Assembly (NCBI RefSeq): GCF_900116425.1
Contig: NZ_FPAS01000001.1
Span: 978,767-1,042,766, forward strand
DNA length: 64,000 nucleotides
Origin: Lishizhenia tianjinensis
Lineage (GTDB): Bacteria > Bacteroidota > Bacteroidia > Flavobacteriales_D > Crocinitomicaceae
Reading direction: 5' to 3'
In this document: one piece after another, positions 9,277 to 17,939 of the stretch
Layout of the letters: each line of letters begins with the position of its first letter
How positions within the stretch are numbered: position 1 is the first letter of the stretch
Made by a program: the position numbers and the translations under genes
Notes under the pieces: generated by a model
Seen by the model: only the letters and a program-made list of their open reading frames with translations
Told to the model about the DNA's origin: nothing
Database searches by the model: none

Positions 9277-10701
9277 TTATTTAAGACGATTTTCAATAAT
9301 CTTGTTGATTAACTTTAATTGAGAAGAACTATCTATCTGATAAAGTGTTTCATTCACATACATTTCTTGCGCTTTTCGGTCAACTTGAATTTCTTCCCAA
9401 CACTCCAAATTGTGTTTCAGCATATCCTTATTAAGAATTTGTATCCCTACCCCCTTTTCTATGTACTTCATAACATCCTGCATGTAGTAGTCCAGAATAA
9501 GCATTTTTTTATAGTATGGAACAAACTCAACACCTACAGTTGAGAAACTAGTTATAATCCCCTCACATAATTCAAAATGTTTTTTCAAGGGTGTTACTCT
9601 ATCAATCAGATAATTTCCGTCATAGATGTCTTTAAAAAAAGTATCATCTTTTTCATTTGGATGAGGACGAATTACGAGTTGATATTCATCAATAAAATCC
9701 TCAAAAGTACTCGCAACATCATAAAAGGTTTTCTTTCGCAGCTCCTCATCTCGTTGAGGTTGCGTTGCAAATACTATTATTTTCTTAGTCAAATCAAGCT
9801 CGGGATGTTGTATTTCAGGAGTTACCTCACCATCTATGCGTCCAACTATTTCTACGCTAGAGGAAACGTAACCACCTTTAGTAATCAAAAGAGTCTTATC
9901 CCTTTGCCCCCAAACAAAAGTCATATCAGGTAATATTGGTGGTGTATGGTACAAACCAAACATATAACTTGGATGCAACTCATGAATAGAGCCATGTTGC
10001 ACAGCAAACGACTTGATGCCATATTTTTTTATGGCATATTGAATTACTTTTAGGGAAGGACTATTTTCGTTAATCAAACAGACTGCTTTTAAAGACGATT
10101 TTTTGAAAAATTTACAATAAGCTCTGAAATAAAGAAAATGCAGTAATAAGGTAGATTTTGATTTACAGAAAATACTTGTTATCAACTGTTCATCAGCAGT
10201 GGTTGACAGGTTTTGGAGTTGTTTAGATAATTTCGTGAAGTGCCTATTAAAGTAGATCACGTCTTTAATAAATCCAAAGGAAATCAAATAACGTAAGAAA
10301 ATAGCATCTGTATTTTGATTTATACTACCTTCCTTTAGATTTACACTTTCTTGGAAAATACGACGCATACCAATCAAATCGAAACTATCTACCAAATCAC
10401 CGAAATATCTTCGCACAGAACTTGGATAAGCAAAAATGGCTATTTCACTGGTATGATGTTTTAAAGTAAAATTTTGAATGAGCGCTTTAAGTTCTGTTAA
10501 CAAACTTATTTTATTACCACTAGAACCGCTGGTTGAACTTGAATTCAATTTACTATTTCTATAGGCAAAATAAACTCTAAAATTCTCTAAAAACCATAAA
10601 TTAACACCTAGCTTATTTTCTACATCTAAAAATACCTGTTCCGTTTTATTGTAGAAATCTATTACCTCTTGAAAGGTTTGATAATTAATCTTTTCAGACA
10701 T
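9277..10701 (-). CDS. Uncharacterised 474-aa protein in the nonulosonate operon; candidate (K)DN/sialic-acid-type transferase (GT-B / KpsC-KpsS-like?)
   Basis: ATG start. It lies directly downstream of the phosphatase, synthase and cytidylyltransferase genes on the same strand. A Ser-rich linker is present. 'VIRPHPNEK' and 'KKIIVFATQPQRDEE' are reminiscent of capsule-type transferases. No firm family assignment is possible by eye. Confidence 0.3.
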   Translation of the reverse strand: MSEKINYQTFQEVIDFYNKTEQVFLDVENKLGVNLWFLENFRVYFAYRNSKLNSSSTSGSSGNKISLLTELKALIQNFTLKHHTSEIAIFAYPSSVRRYFGDLVDSFDLIGMRRIFQESVNLKEGSINQNTDAIFLRYLISFGFIKDVIYFNRHFTKLSKQLQNLSTTADEQLITSIFCKSKSTLLLHFLYFRAYCKFFKKSSLKAVCLINENSPSLKVIQYAIKKYGIKSFAVQHGSIHELHPSYMFGLYHTPPILPDMTFVWGQRDKTLLITKGGYVSSSVEIVGRIDGEVTPEIQHPELDLTKKIIVFATQPQRDEELRKKTFYDVASTFEDFIDEYQLVIRPHPNEKDDTFFKDIYDGNYLIDRVTPLKKHFELCEGIITSFSTVGVEFVPYYKKMLILDYYMQDVMKYIEKGVGIQILNKDMLKHNLECWEEIQVDRKAQEMYVNETLYQIDSSSQLKLINKIIENRLK

Positions 10702-10705
10702 TTTA

Positions 10706-11212
10706 TTAAGAAGCCAAATATTTCTCTATTACTAAATCTAAAGAATTCTCACGTTTTAAAAGATACTCTACAAAAGCCCGAAAAGCACCATCTCCACCCT
10801 TTACTGGCAAGGTTAAATCTGCATGTTTTTGAACATAGTCAGGAGCATTTGATGGAGTTGCCGAAAATCCCGCTTTTTGAAGTACTATTATATCATTAAT
10901 ATCGTCTCCGATGTACGCAACATCTTTCCACTCCAAATTCAACTTTTGAAGTAGATGCTCAATCACCTCAACTTTATTTTTCACTCCTAAGAATAAATGA
11001 TCGATCTTTAGTTTAACTGCTCTTCTTTTTACAATTTGAGTGTTTTCTCCTGTAACGATTCCAACTGGTATATTTGATAATTTCAAGAAAAGAACACCGG
11101 CGCTATCACCGGTATTAAACTTTTTCAATTCATTTTCTCCTTGATCGTAATACATTCCCCCATCGGTCCAGACTCCATCAATATCTGTAAGAACTAACTT
11201 TGGTAATGCCAT
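10706..11212 (-). CDS. HAD-IIIA family KdsC-type phosphatase (KDN-9-P / Kdo-8-P / NeuAc-9-P phosphatase type)
   Basis: The HAD motif I 'LVLTDIDGVWTDG' is present. 'VAYIGDDINDI' is motif IV. It is 168 aa, the size of the capless C0 KdsC subfamily. Confidence 0.8.
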   Translation of the reverse strand: MALPKLVLTDIDGVWTDGGMYYDQGENELKKFNTGDSAGVLFLKLSNIPVGIVTGENTQIVKRRAVKLKIDHLFLGVKNKVEVIEHLLQKLNLEWKDVAYIGDDINDIIVLQKAGFSATPSNAPDYVQKHADLTLPVKGGDGAFRAFVEYLLKRENSLDLVIEKYLAS

Positions 11213-11213
11213 T

Positions 11214-12260
11214 CTACTTTACTTTACTTAAATAGATAATTTCATTTTTAGGAACATCTTCTATGATTTCCTTACCTATTAACTTATCCATTTCACTCCA
11301 TTTCAAACCATCCCCTGGACTCAATAAATGAATATCAGCCTCAGTTATTACATCACCTTTTTTCAAATCCTTGTTCGAAGCAATAGACCTTTCTAACTTA
11401 TTCTTTGCGGCTTCAACGTTTGGTTCTATATGTATATCTTCAACCCCAAAAGATTTCTCTAAGTTTCTAATGTCCCGCATCATACGGTACATTCCGTCTA
11501 TTGCCAATGAACCAGCCTGATCAGTTCCCTTCAGCTTTCGGTCTAATGTAATATGTTTTTCAATAATTTCGGCTCCCATGGCTACTGCAGCAATAGGGGT
11601 AGATATCCCTATAGTATGGTCCGAATAACCAATTTTGAACTGACTGTATTCTTTTTGTAGGAATTTAATAGTATTTAAGTTTACATTTTGATATTGGGTC
11701 GGATATTCGGAAACACAGTGTAAAATAGAAATATCCTGATGATGTTTTGATATAACATCCAAAGCCTCATCCAACTCCTTTTTACCAGCCATCCCCGTAC
11801 TGATTATAATGGGGATTTTTGTTTCGGCTAAGGCATTTAAAAGGGGTAAATTTGTCAAATCTCTACTGGCTACTTTTAATCTATCTGGAGTGAAATATTT
11901 CAACATAGATAAACAGCTAATTGCGCATAGTGTTTCAACAAAGTCTAAGCCGTGCTGTTTAGCATGTTTATACACCTCAAAGTGTTGTTCATCATTTAAC
12001 TCTAAAAACTCTCTATGTTCACCATAGGTTGCGCCAAAGGAATTCGGTGTGTTATAAGGTCTTCTCATTTGAGAATCCGAAAGTTCATAATTCAAATCTC
12101 TCTTTGTTAGTTTCACCGCATCCATAGGTTTTAATTCTGTCCCAAACAAATTATCTACTACTGGTCGCGCAGCTATTTCTACAAGTAATTTGGCTAAATC
12201 AACTGAACCATTGTGATTTTGGCCAATTTCTCCGATTACATAGGTACCTTTATTTTTCAT
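11214..12260 (-). CDS. NeuB-family nonulosonic acid synthase (N-acylneuraminate / KDN-9-phosphate synthase type)
   Basis: 'IGEIGQNHNGS' is the NeuB TIM-barrel N-terminus. The C-terminal SAF/antifreeze-like domain ('DIHLLSPGDGLKWSEMDKLIGKEI') is present. Gaps of 1-2 bp to both neighbours. Confidence 0.8.
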   Translation of the reverse strand: MKNKGTYVIGEIGQNHNGSVDLAKLLVEIAARPVVDNLFGTELKPMDAVKLTKRDLNYELSDSQMRRPYNTPNSFGATYGEHREFLELNDEQHFEVYKHAKQHGLDFVETLCAISCLSMLKYFTPDRLKVASRDLTNLPLLNALAETKIPIIISTGMAGKKELDEALDVISKHHQDISILHCVSEYPTQYQNVNLNTIKFLQKEYSQFKIGYSDHTIGISTPIAAVAMGAEIIEKHITLDRKLKGTDQAGSLAIDGMYRMMRDIRNLEKSFGVEDIHIEPNVEAAKNKLERSIASNKDLKKGDVITEADIHLLSPGDGLKWSEMDKLIGKEIIEDVPKNEIIYLSKVK

Positions 12261-12262
12261 AA

Positions 12263-13012
12263 TTATTTCGTGTTTTTAACAATCTCATTTTTCATAACAG
12301 AGGTCCATTCCTCATTTTGATCAATAAACTGTAATAAGGATAATGCATCCTTAAACTCTTTGTCTTTTACCGCTTTAAAAATACGAGCTGCAAGGTTAAA
12401 ATCGTTTAAAGTATCAACAGTTAATCTAATGTGTTGATGAGCAATATAATCTTCTCCTAACTCATGTAAACACACCTTAAATATATCGAGATGCGTATAA
12501 ATAAAATTGGTCACATGCTCTAGATACAAAGTATCCTGGGTTAATCTATACGCTTTTTTTAAAGCCGATGTCTTCACCACTTCACAAAACAAACCGAGAT
12601 GATGAAGGATTACAGCTTTCCCTCCAATGGCAAACGAACAATAGTCTGCATCAAGGTTGGCATTCGACAAAGCTATAAGTTCTTTAAGCTTTGGAACACT
12701 TAAAAAAGGGTTATCGGCACAAACCCTTACTACTCTCTCCACATCAAATTGATCAGCAGCTTTAATAAACCTATCCAATACATCCTCTTCACTTCCTCGA
12801 AACACACCAACCCCGTAAGCGTTAGCTATTTCTTCTAATTCATCATTCTCTGATCGTTGAGAAGTTACTAAATAAATAGGTAAATCTTCAATTTGCACAA
12901 GTTTTTGAAGAAGAATTTCAAAGATTCCCGCTTCCTGATCAAAAGCTAATGTCATTTTCCCTGGCAATCGGGTTGAACCTAACCTTGCTTGAATAAGAAC
13001 CGCTGTTTTCAT
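12263..13012 (-). CDS. Acylneuraminate cytidylyltransferase family protein (CMP-nonulosonate synthetase, NeuA/PseF/SpsF-like)
   Basis: 'AVLIQARLGSTRLPGKM' is the signature N-terminus of CMP-sugar cytidylyltransferases of the SpsF/PseF/NeuA group. Confidence 0.7.
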   Translation of the reverse strand: MKTAVLIQARLGSTRLPGKMTLAFDQEAGIFEILLQKLVQIEDLPIYLVTSQRSENDELEEIANAYGVGVFRGSEEDVLDRFIKAADQFDVERVVRVCADNPFLSVPKLKELIALSNANLDADYCSFAIGGKAVILHHLGLFCEVVKTSALKKAYRLTQDTLYLEHVTNFIYTHLDIFKVCLHELGEDYIAHQHIRLTVDTLNDFNLAARIFKAVKDKEFKDALSLLQFIDQNEEWTSVMKNEIVKNTK

Positions 13013-13142
13013 TAAAGTTTATTAAAATTATTCTCTGGTTCTAAAATTAACATAATCTTTGTCTTCCCATTCATACATGAGAGGGAATATATGCAACGAA
13101 AGGACCTTCTTTTCACCATATAAGTTCCATAAACTTTCCATG

Positions 13143-13775
13143 CTACTTCCTCCCAAAATCTGCAGGTATCTCACCCCATACTTTGGTTTCCCATTTTCTA
13201 ATTTCTGTCGTGTACTGATTGCTTCTTAGCCAATGTTCAGCTCGTGCAATTAATTGATGTAATTGTTGGTTCATTTCTGTCTTGGCCAACTTGGTTTTAC
13301 ACGTTTTTTGCCTGATCCAAGAAATAGCAATTTTTGAGTCGGAATAAATGGGCATGGTACTCCCCTTTTGCTTCAATAAAGCCAAACCGTGCACCAATGC
13401 TAAAAATTCACCAACGTTGTTAGTACCGTCTAAATAAGGACCTTTGATAAAAAGCTGTTCGCCCGTTTTGGTATACACTCCTCTGTATTCCATTTTACCT
13501 GGATTACCTGCACAAGCTGCATCCACACACAATGAGTTTAATTCCACCCCGTGTTTGAGCATATCCTCCCTGCTGATAGTCGAACTCGCTTTTTTACCCT
13601 TTACCTCTTCGTAAGTTCCTGCAAATGCATGCTCTGCCTCATCTTTGGTTAAGAAGCTTTTATACTTGGCGTTCGGGTAGCCTTCAATTTGAAGTTTACA
13701 ATCTGCCCATGAAGTATATATCCCGGGTTCATGTCCTTCCCAAACCACATAGTATTTCTGCTTTTTCCTTGCCAT
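13143..13775 (-). CDS. rnhA: Ribonuclease HI with an N-terminal hybrid-binding (caulimovirus viroplasmin-like) domain
   Basis: 'KYYVVWEGHEPGIYTSWADCKLQIEGYPNAKYKSF..DEAEHAF' is the HBD. The RNase H core with D..E..D ('CVDAAC','GEFLALVHGL','YSDSK') follows. Confidence 0.8.
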   Translation of the reverse strand: MARKKQKYYVVWEGHEPGIYTSWADCKLQIEGYPNAKYKSFLTKDEAEHAFAGTYEEVKGKKASSTISREDMLKHGVELNSLCVDAACAGNPGKMEYRGVYTKTGEQLFIKGPYLDGTNNVGEFLALVHGLALLKQKGSTMPIYSDSKIAISWIRQKTCKTKLAKTEMNQQLHQLIARAEHWLRSNQYTTEIRKWETKVWGEIPADFGRK

Positions 13776-13818
13776 AGTTGAGGCTAAGATAAGAAGGAAA
13801 AGAATTTGAAAAAGAATT

Positions 13819-14826
13819 TTAGACTTTTACTTTCCACAACTTAATGTAGCTATCTTCTTTATGTTCTCGGGCGAGATAATAGAGGTAGCCATCCTTGATT
13901 TTCAATTGTTGGGGAAAGGTGTGCTTGTTCACGTTAGTTATCTTCCCTCCTTCTTGAAAGTTATGTCCCAGGTCTTGTATCATTAACAAACCGCCATCCA
14001 ATAACTTTGCATAAAATATATCTCCATTTTCGGCTTGTATGATATGATCTGCCCAACTTTCTTTGTGGTGATAAACGATGTCGAAAATCTCCTTGCTCTG
14101 AAAAAAATTCCCCTTAATACCTATATTCTGTCTGTGGTCTAAAATTACAAACCCTGTGTCTATATTAAAGAAAGGAACATAGCCTTCTTTCGACAACACC
14201 ATATGGTTGAAATTAATACTCATGGCAGAAAGGTTATTAATATTGGCTGCCCACTCCAACTCATGACGAATTTGATCCTCCAGCAGACTGAAGTAATTTT
14301 CCATGTCGTTGGAGATATAGAGTAAATTATTAACGTCGTTAATGGTATCAAACTCAATAAACATGTGGGTTTGATTTTTATTCATAAACGTTTCATAAAC
14401 CAACCCTTTTTCTGTAGTTCCCACACAATTAGAGAGTAAACTCAAGAACTTGTCTTTTAACATGGGATACAGAAAGTTTATCCCCTCATTACCAAAGTAA
14501 ATTTGATACGCTGAATCCGTGGTTAACAGGTGATGGTAGCCCATGCAATCGGTATAAAATCGCTCTGGCTTTTGCTTTAATTCTATACGTTCCAATTCTT
14601 TAAAATCAGCATCCACCCTTCGAATTATATAATTCAATTTCAATTTAGATAACAACACGATCTCCTGCTCATCAAAAAGGTAATCGAGTACATATTCATC
14701 CTCTAAAGTTGGCAATTTCACCTGCTGAAAGGCAGTAATATCAACGCCCTCTAATTCCTGAATGCTATCTTTTTGTGCCCAAAGAAATACAGGGATAAAC
14801 ATGCTTAAGAGTAGTAGTTTTTTCAT
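13819..14826 (-). CDS. Secreted hypothetical protein
   Basis: The ORF-track start at 14832 is GTG. The ATG two codons in gives 'MKKLLLLSMFIPVFLWAQ', a signal peptide. No recognisable domain. Confidence 0.5.
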   Translation of the reverse strand: MKKLLLLSMFIPVFLWAQKDSIQELEGVDITAFQQVKLPTLEDEYVLDYLFDEQEIVLLSKLKLNYIIRRVDADFKELERIELKQKPERFYTDCMGYHHLLTTDSAYQIYFGNEGINFLYPMLKDKFLSLLSNCVGTTEKGLVYETFMNKNQTHMFIEFDTINDVNNLLYISNDMENYFSLLEDQIRHELEWAANINNLSAMSINFNHMVLSKEGYVPFFNIDTGFVILDHRQNIGIKGNFFQSKEIFDIVYHHKESWADHIIQAENGDIFYAKLLDGGLLMIQDLGHNFQEGGKITNVNKHTFPQQLKIKDGYLYYLAREHKEDSYIKLWKVKV

Positions 14827-15057
14827 TATCACATAATTTACTACCCTAAGATACTCAGGTTCAAAATGAAAGCAAAAAGTTTTTCATCAGATTTGGAAAA
14901 GAATTTACAATTCTAAATACATCCTTCTGTCAGTTCTTTCACCCTTTCAATTTACAATTTGTCGCACTATAATGTAATTTTCAGTCATTCTGTCAGCCCT
15001 TATCCACTGGCATAAAGATTGACTTATAGCAGCCAAACAAAACGCAAATCAAAATAT

Positions 15058-16947
15058 ATGAAAACGGGTAATATTAATGTACAAACGGAAAACATCTTTC
15101 CCATCATTAAAAAATTCTTGTATTCGGATCACGAGATATTCTTAAGAGAGTTAGTATCGAACGCAGTTGATGCCTCTCAAAAATTAAAGTTCTTTGCTAG
15201 CAATGGTGAGTTCACGGGAGAAATGGGTGACTTACAAGTTGAAGTAATTTTAGACGAAGCTGCAAAAACCTTAACCATTAAAGACAATGGAATAGGTATG
15301 ACTGCTGAGGAGATTGATAAATACATCAATCAAATTGCTTTCTCTGGAGCAGAAGAATTTGTTCAGAAATACGAAGGAAAAGAAGGAGCTGAGAACATTA
15401 TTGGTCACTTCGGTTTAGGGTTCTACTCTGCCTTTATGGTTGCAGATAAAGTTCAAATCAAGACTTTGGCGCGCTACGAAGGAGCACAAGCTGTTCAATG
15501 GGAATCTAACGGAGATCCCTCTTATACGATTACAGAAATTGATAAAGCAGACAGAGGAACAGAAATCGTTCTTCACATTTCTGAAGAATCGAAAGAATTT
15601 TTAGAAAAGAACAGAATTCAGGGAATTTTAGACAAGTACTGTAAATTCTTACCTATCCCAGTAATCTTTGGAACAGAAACAAAGTACAAAGATGATCCAT
15701 CTGGAGAAAAAGACGAAAACGATAAAGTAAAACAAGTTAGTTACGAGGTTCCCAACCAAGTAAACAACCCTGTTCCTGCATGGACGAAAAAACCAGCAGA
15801 TTTAACAGATGAAGACTACGGAACCTTCTACCGTGAATTGTACCCAATGAGCTTTGACCAGCCTTTGTTCCACATTCACTTAAATGTAGATTACCCCTTC
15901 AACTTAACTGGTATTCTTTACTTCCCTAAGATTAAAGAAAACGTAGAAGTACAACGCAACAAAATTAACTTGTACTCTAACCAGGTATTTATTACAGATA
16001 GCGTTGAAGAAATCGTTCCTGAGTTCTTGACTTTATTACACGGAGTTATTGATTCTCCAGACATTCCATTAAACGTATCTCGTTCTTACTTACAAAGTGA
16101 TGGTAACGTGAAGAAAATCTCTACTCACATCACTAAAAAAGTAGCCGATAAGTTACGTGAGATGTTCAACAAGGATAGAGAAGATTTCGAAAGCAAATAC
16201 GAAGATTTACGCATCTTTATTGAGTACGGAACATTGTCTGACGAGAAGTTTGCCGACAAAGCAAAAGCTTTCTCTATGGTGAAATCTACAGACGATAAGT
16301 ACTACACTATTGAAGAGTTTAAAGAAAAAGTTAAAGACCTTCAAACAGATAAAGACGGTAAAACAGTTTTCTTATACACCAACAACAAAGACGAGCAATA
16401 CAGCTTTGTTCAGGCAGCGAAAGATAGAGGTTACGAAGTTTTAGAATTAGACGGACCACTTGTGTCTCACTGGGTTTCTAACATAGAAAGCAAATTCGAA
16501 AATGTAAGCTTTGCACGTGTAGATGCGGACACTTTAGACAAGTTAATTGCTAAAGGAGATGAAATGCCATCTAAACTTTCGAAGGAGGATGAAGAAGCAT
16601 TGAAGCCAGTTTTTGAAGGAGTTGTAGACAAAGACAAATTCAAAGTTCAATTCGAAAGTATGTCAGAAACTGACGCACCAGTAGTATTAACTCAACCAGA
16701 ATTCATCCGTAGAATGATGGAACAACAGAAATACGGTGGAGCTGGATTTATGGGTGCTTTCCCTGAAACCTACAACATGGTTATTAACAGCAACCACCCT
16801 AAGATTTCTGACATTTTGGGAGAGGCTGATAGTTCTGTAAAAGAAAACAAAGCTAAACAATTGGCAGATCTCGCTTTATTAGCACAAGGCTTATTAAAGG
16901 GAGAAAAATTAAACGATTTCGTTAAGCGAAGCGTAGAATTAATATAA
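15058..16947 (+). CDS. htpG: Molecular chaperone HtpG (Hsp90)
   Basis: The GHKL N-domain 'FLRELVSNAVDASQK' and 'GHFGLGFYSAFMVADKV' are present at full length. The ORF-track start at 15019 is TTG. The ATG at 15058 gives 'MKTGNINVQTE', typical of HtpG. Confidence 0.9.
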   Translation: MKTGNINVQTENIFPIIKKFLYSDHEIFLRELVSNAVDASQKLKFFASNGEFTGEMGDLQVEVILDEAAKTLTIKDNGIGMTAEEIDKYINQIAFSGAEEFVQKYEGKEGAENIIGHFGLGFYSAFMVADKVQIKTLARYEGAQAVQWESNGDPSYTITEIDKADRGTEIVLHISEESKEFLEKNRIQGILDKYCKFLPIPVIFGTETKYKDDPSGEKDENDKVKQVSYEVPNQVNNPVPAWTKKPADLTDEDYGTFYRELYPMSFDQPLFHIHLNVDYPFNLTGILYFPKIKENVEVQRNKINLYSNQVFITDSVEEIVPEFLTLLHGVIDSPDIPLNVSRSYLQSDGNVKKISTHITKKVADKLREMFNKDREDFESKYEDLRIFIEYGTLSDEKFADKAKAFSMVKSTDDKYYTIEEFKEKVKDLQTDKDGKTVFLYTNNKDEQYSFVQAAKDRGYEVLELDGPLVSHWVSNIESKFENVSFARVDADTLDKLIAKGDEMPSKLSKEDEEALKPVFEGVVDKDKFKVQFESMSETDAPVVLTQPEFIRRMMEQQKYGGAGFMGAFPETYNMVINSNHPKISDILGEADSSVKENKAKQLADLALLAQGLLKGEKLNDFVKRSVELI

Positions 16948-16952
16948 CACTC

Positions 16953-16979
16953 GAAGGGGCGTTTCGGCGCCCCTTTTTC
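16953..16979 (+). terminator. Rho-independent terminator after htpG
   Basis: The stem 'gaaggggcg tttc ggcgcccctt' is followed by a T-run. Confidence 0.7.
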
Positions 16980-16986
16980 ATACACT

Positions 16987-17814
16987 ATGGGAACAGGATA
17001 TTATAAATTCATTTTAGCAGCATTAGGTTTTTTATTTTTTGGTTACAGCATAGGCTGGGCGATTTTCGGATTCTTTGTGGGAGCCATCGCCGATGTTTAT
17101 CCTGTCATTAAAAAGCAACTCAGCGCTTTTCAAAACGGTGAATTCCAAGGTGCTTTTAACAGAGCGGGTGCCGGTGGAGGTACGTACGGAAACCCTCAAG
17201 ACATCTTTAATTATTACCAAAGGCAAAGTCAACAGTACGACTTCCCTACCATGTTAATTGCCCTCTCAGCGGCTGTTATGAAAGCAGATGGTAAAGTCTT
17301 GAAGGTAGAATTGAATTATGTAAAGAGTTTTTTCTCGCGTCAATTTGGAAACCAGTTTAACAAAACGCATTTACAAACCTTAAAGCAGTTTTTGGATACA
17401 CCTACCATACCCATAGATGAAATTTGTAGAGACATCAACATGCGTATGCAGCCCGCAATGCGTACTCAATTGATTCACTACCTTTTTGGAATTGCCAAAG
17501 CGGATGGAAATGTTGGTCAGGCTGAAAGTGATTTGATTAACCGCATTTCTCGTCTATTAGGCGTGGGAACCAGTGATTACACTTCAGTTAAAAACATGTT
17601 CCAAAAAGATACAGACAGCGATTATAAAATTTTAGGAATTACCAAGGCTGCAACGGACGATGAAGTAAAGAAGGCCTACCGTAAAATGGCCATCAAGTTC
17701 CACCCCGATAAAGTTGCCCAAATGGGAGATGAATATCAAAAAGGAGCCAAAGAAAAATTCCAACAAATAAACGATGCCTACGAAGCGATTAAAAAAGCAA
17801 GAGGTATTAAATAG
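16987..17814 (+). CDS. djlA: DjlA-like co-chaperone: N-terminal TM, TerB-like domain, C-terminal J domain
   Basis: Hydrophobic N-terminus. The C-terminal J domain 'DYKILGITKAATDDEVKKAYRKMAIKFHPDK' carries the HPD motif. A middle TerB-like region is present. The architecture equals E. coli DjlA. Confidence 0.7.
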   Translation: MGTGYYKFILAALGFLFFGYSIGWAIFGFFVGAIADVYPVIKKQLSAFQNGEFQGAFNRAGAGGGTYGNPQDIFNYYQRQSQQYDFPTMLIALSAAVMKADGKVLKVELNYVKSFFSRQFGNQFNKTHLQTLKQFLDTPTIPIDEICRDINMRMQPAMRTQLIHYLFGIAKADGNVGQAESDLINRISRLLGVGTSDYTSVKNMFQKDTDSDYKILGITKAATDDEVKKAYRKMAIKFHPDKVAQMGDEYQKGAKEKFQQINDAYEAIKKARGIK

Positions 17815-17839
17815 ATGATTTTAGTTTTAGCAGAAGAAG

Positions 17840-17867
17840 CACAACTCATGAGGGTTGTGTTTTTTTG
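17840..17867 (+). terminator. Palindromic terminator; first copy of the 'cacaactc..agggttgtgT7' repeat family
   Basis: 'gcacaactcatgagggttgtgttttttt' lies directly after djlA. Confidence 0.6.
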
Positions 17868-17939
17868 TTCATAAATATTTCTTTCCCTTTCATAACAAAG
17901 GATAAACACTATTTTCGCGGCCTTACTAAAAAATCACTC

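Noticed and set aside
9319-9933. Plus-strand ORFs 9319-9543 and 9577-9933 antisense to the 474-aa gene
   Set aside because: They lie in an AT-rich region opposite a coherent long ORF, and their translations (IYLIKCFIHIHF..) are not protein-like.
15019-15057. ORF-track N-terminal extensions from TTG/GTG starts (15019, 17865, 24513, 3764, 14832, 36258, 61178)
   Set aside because: In each case an in-frame ATG a few to 25 codons downstream yields a canonical N-terminus (a signal peptide, or the HtpG start 'MKTGNINVQTE'). The upstream residues look like translated spacer. Starts were moved to the ATG.
16770-17257. ORFs 16770-16985 (-), 17032-17232 (-) and 17075-17257 (+) overlapping the htpG 3' end and the djlA 5' end
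   Set aside because: They overlap well-supported genes in other frames and have no independent support.
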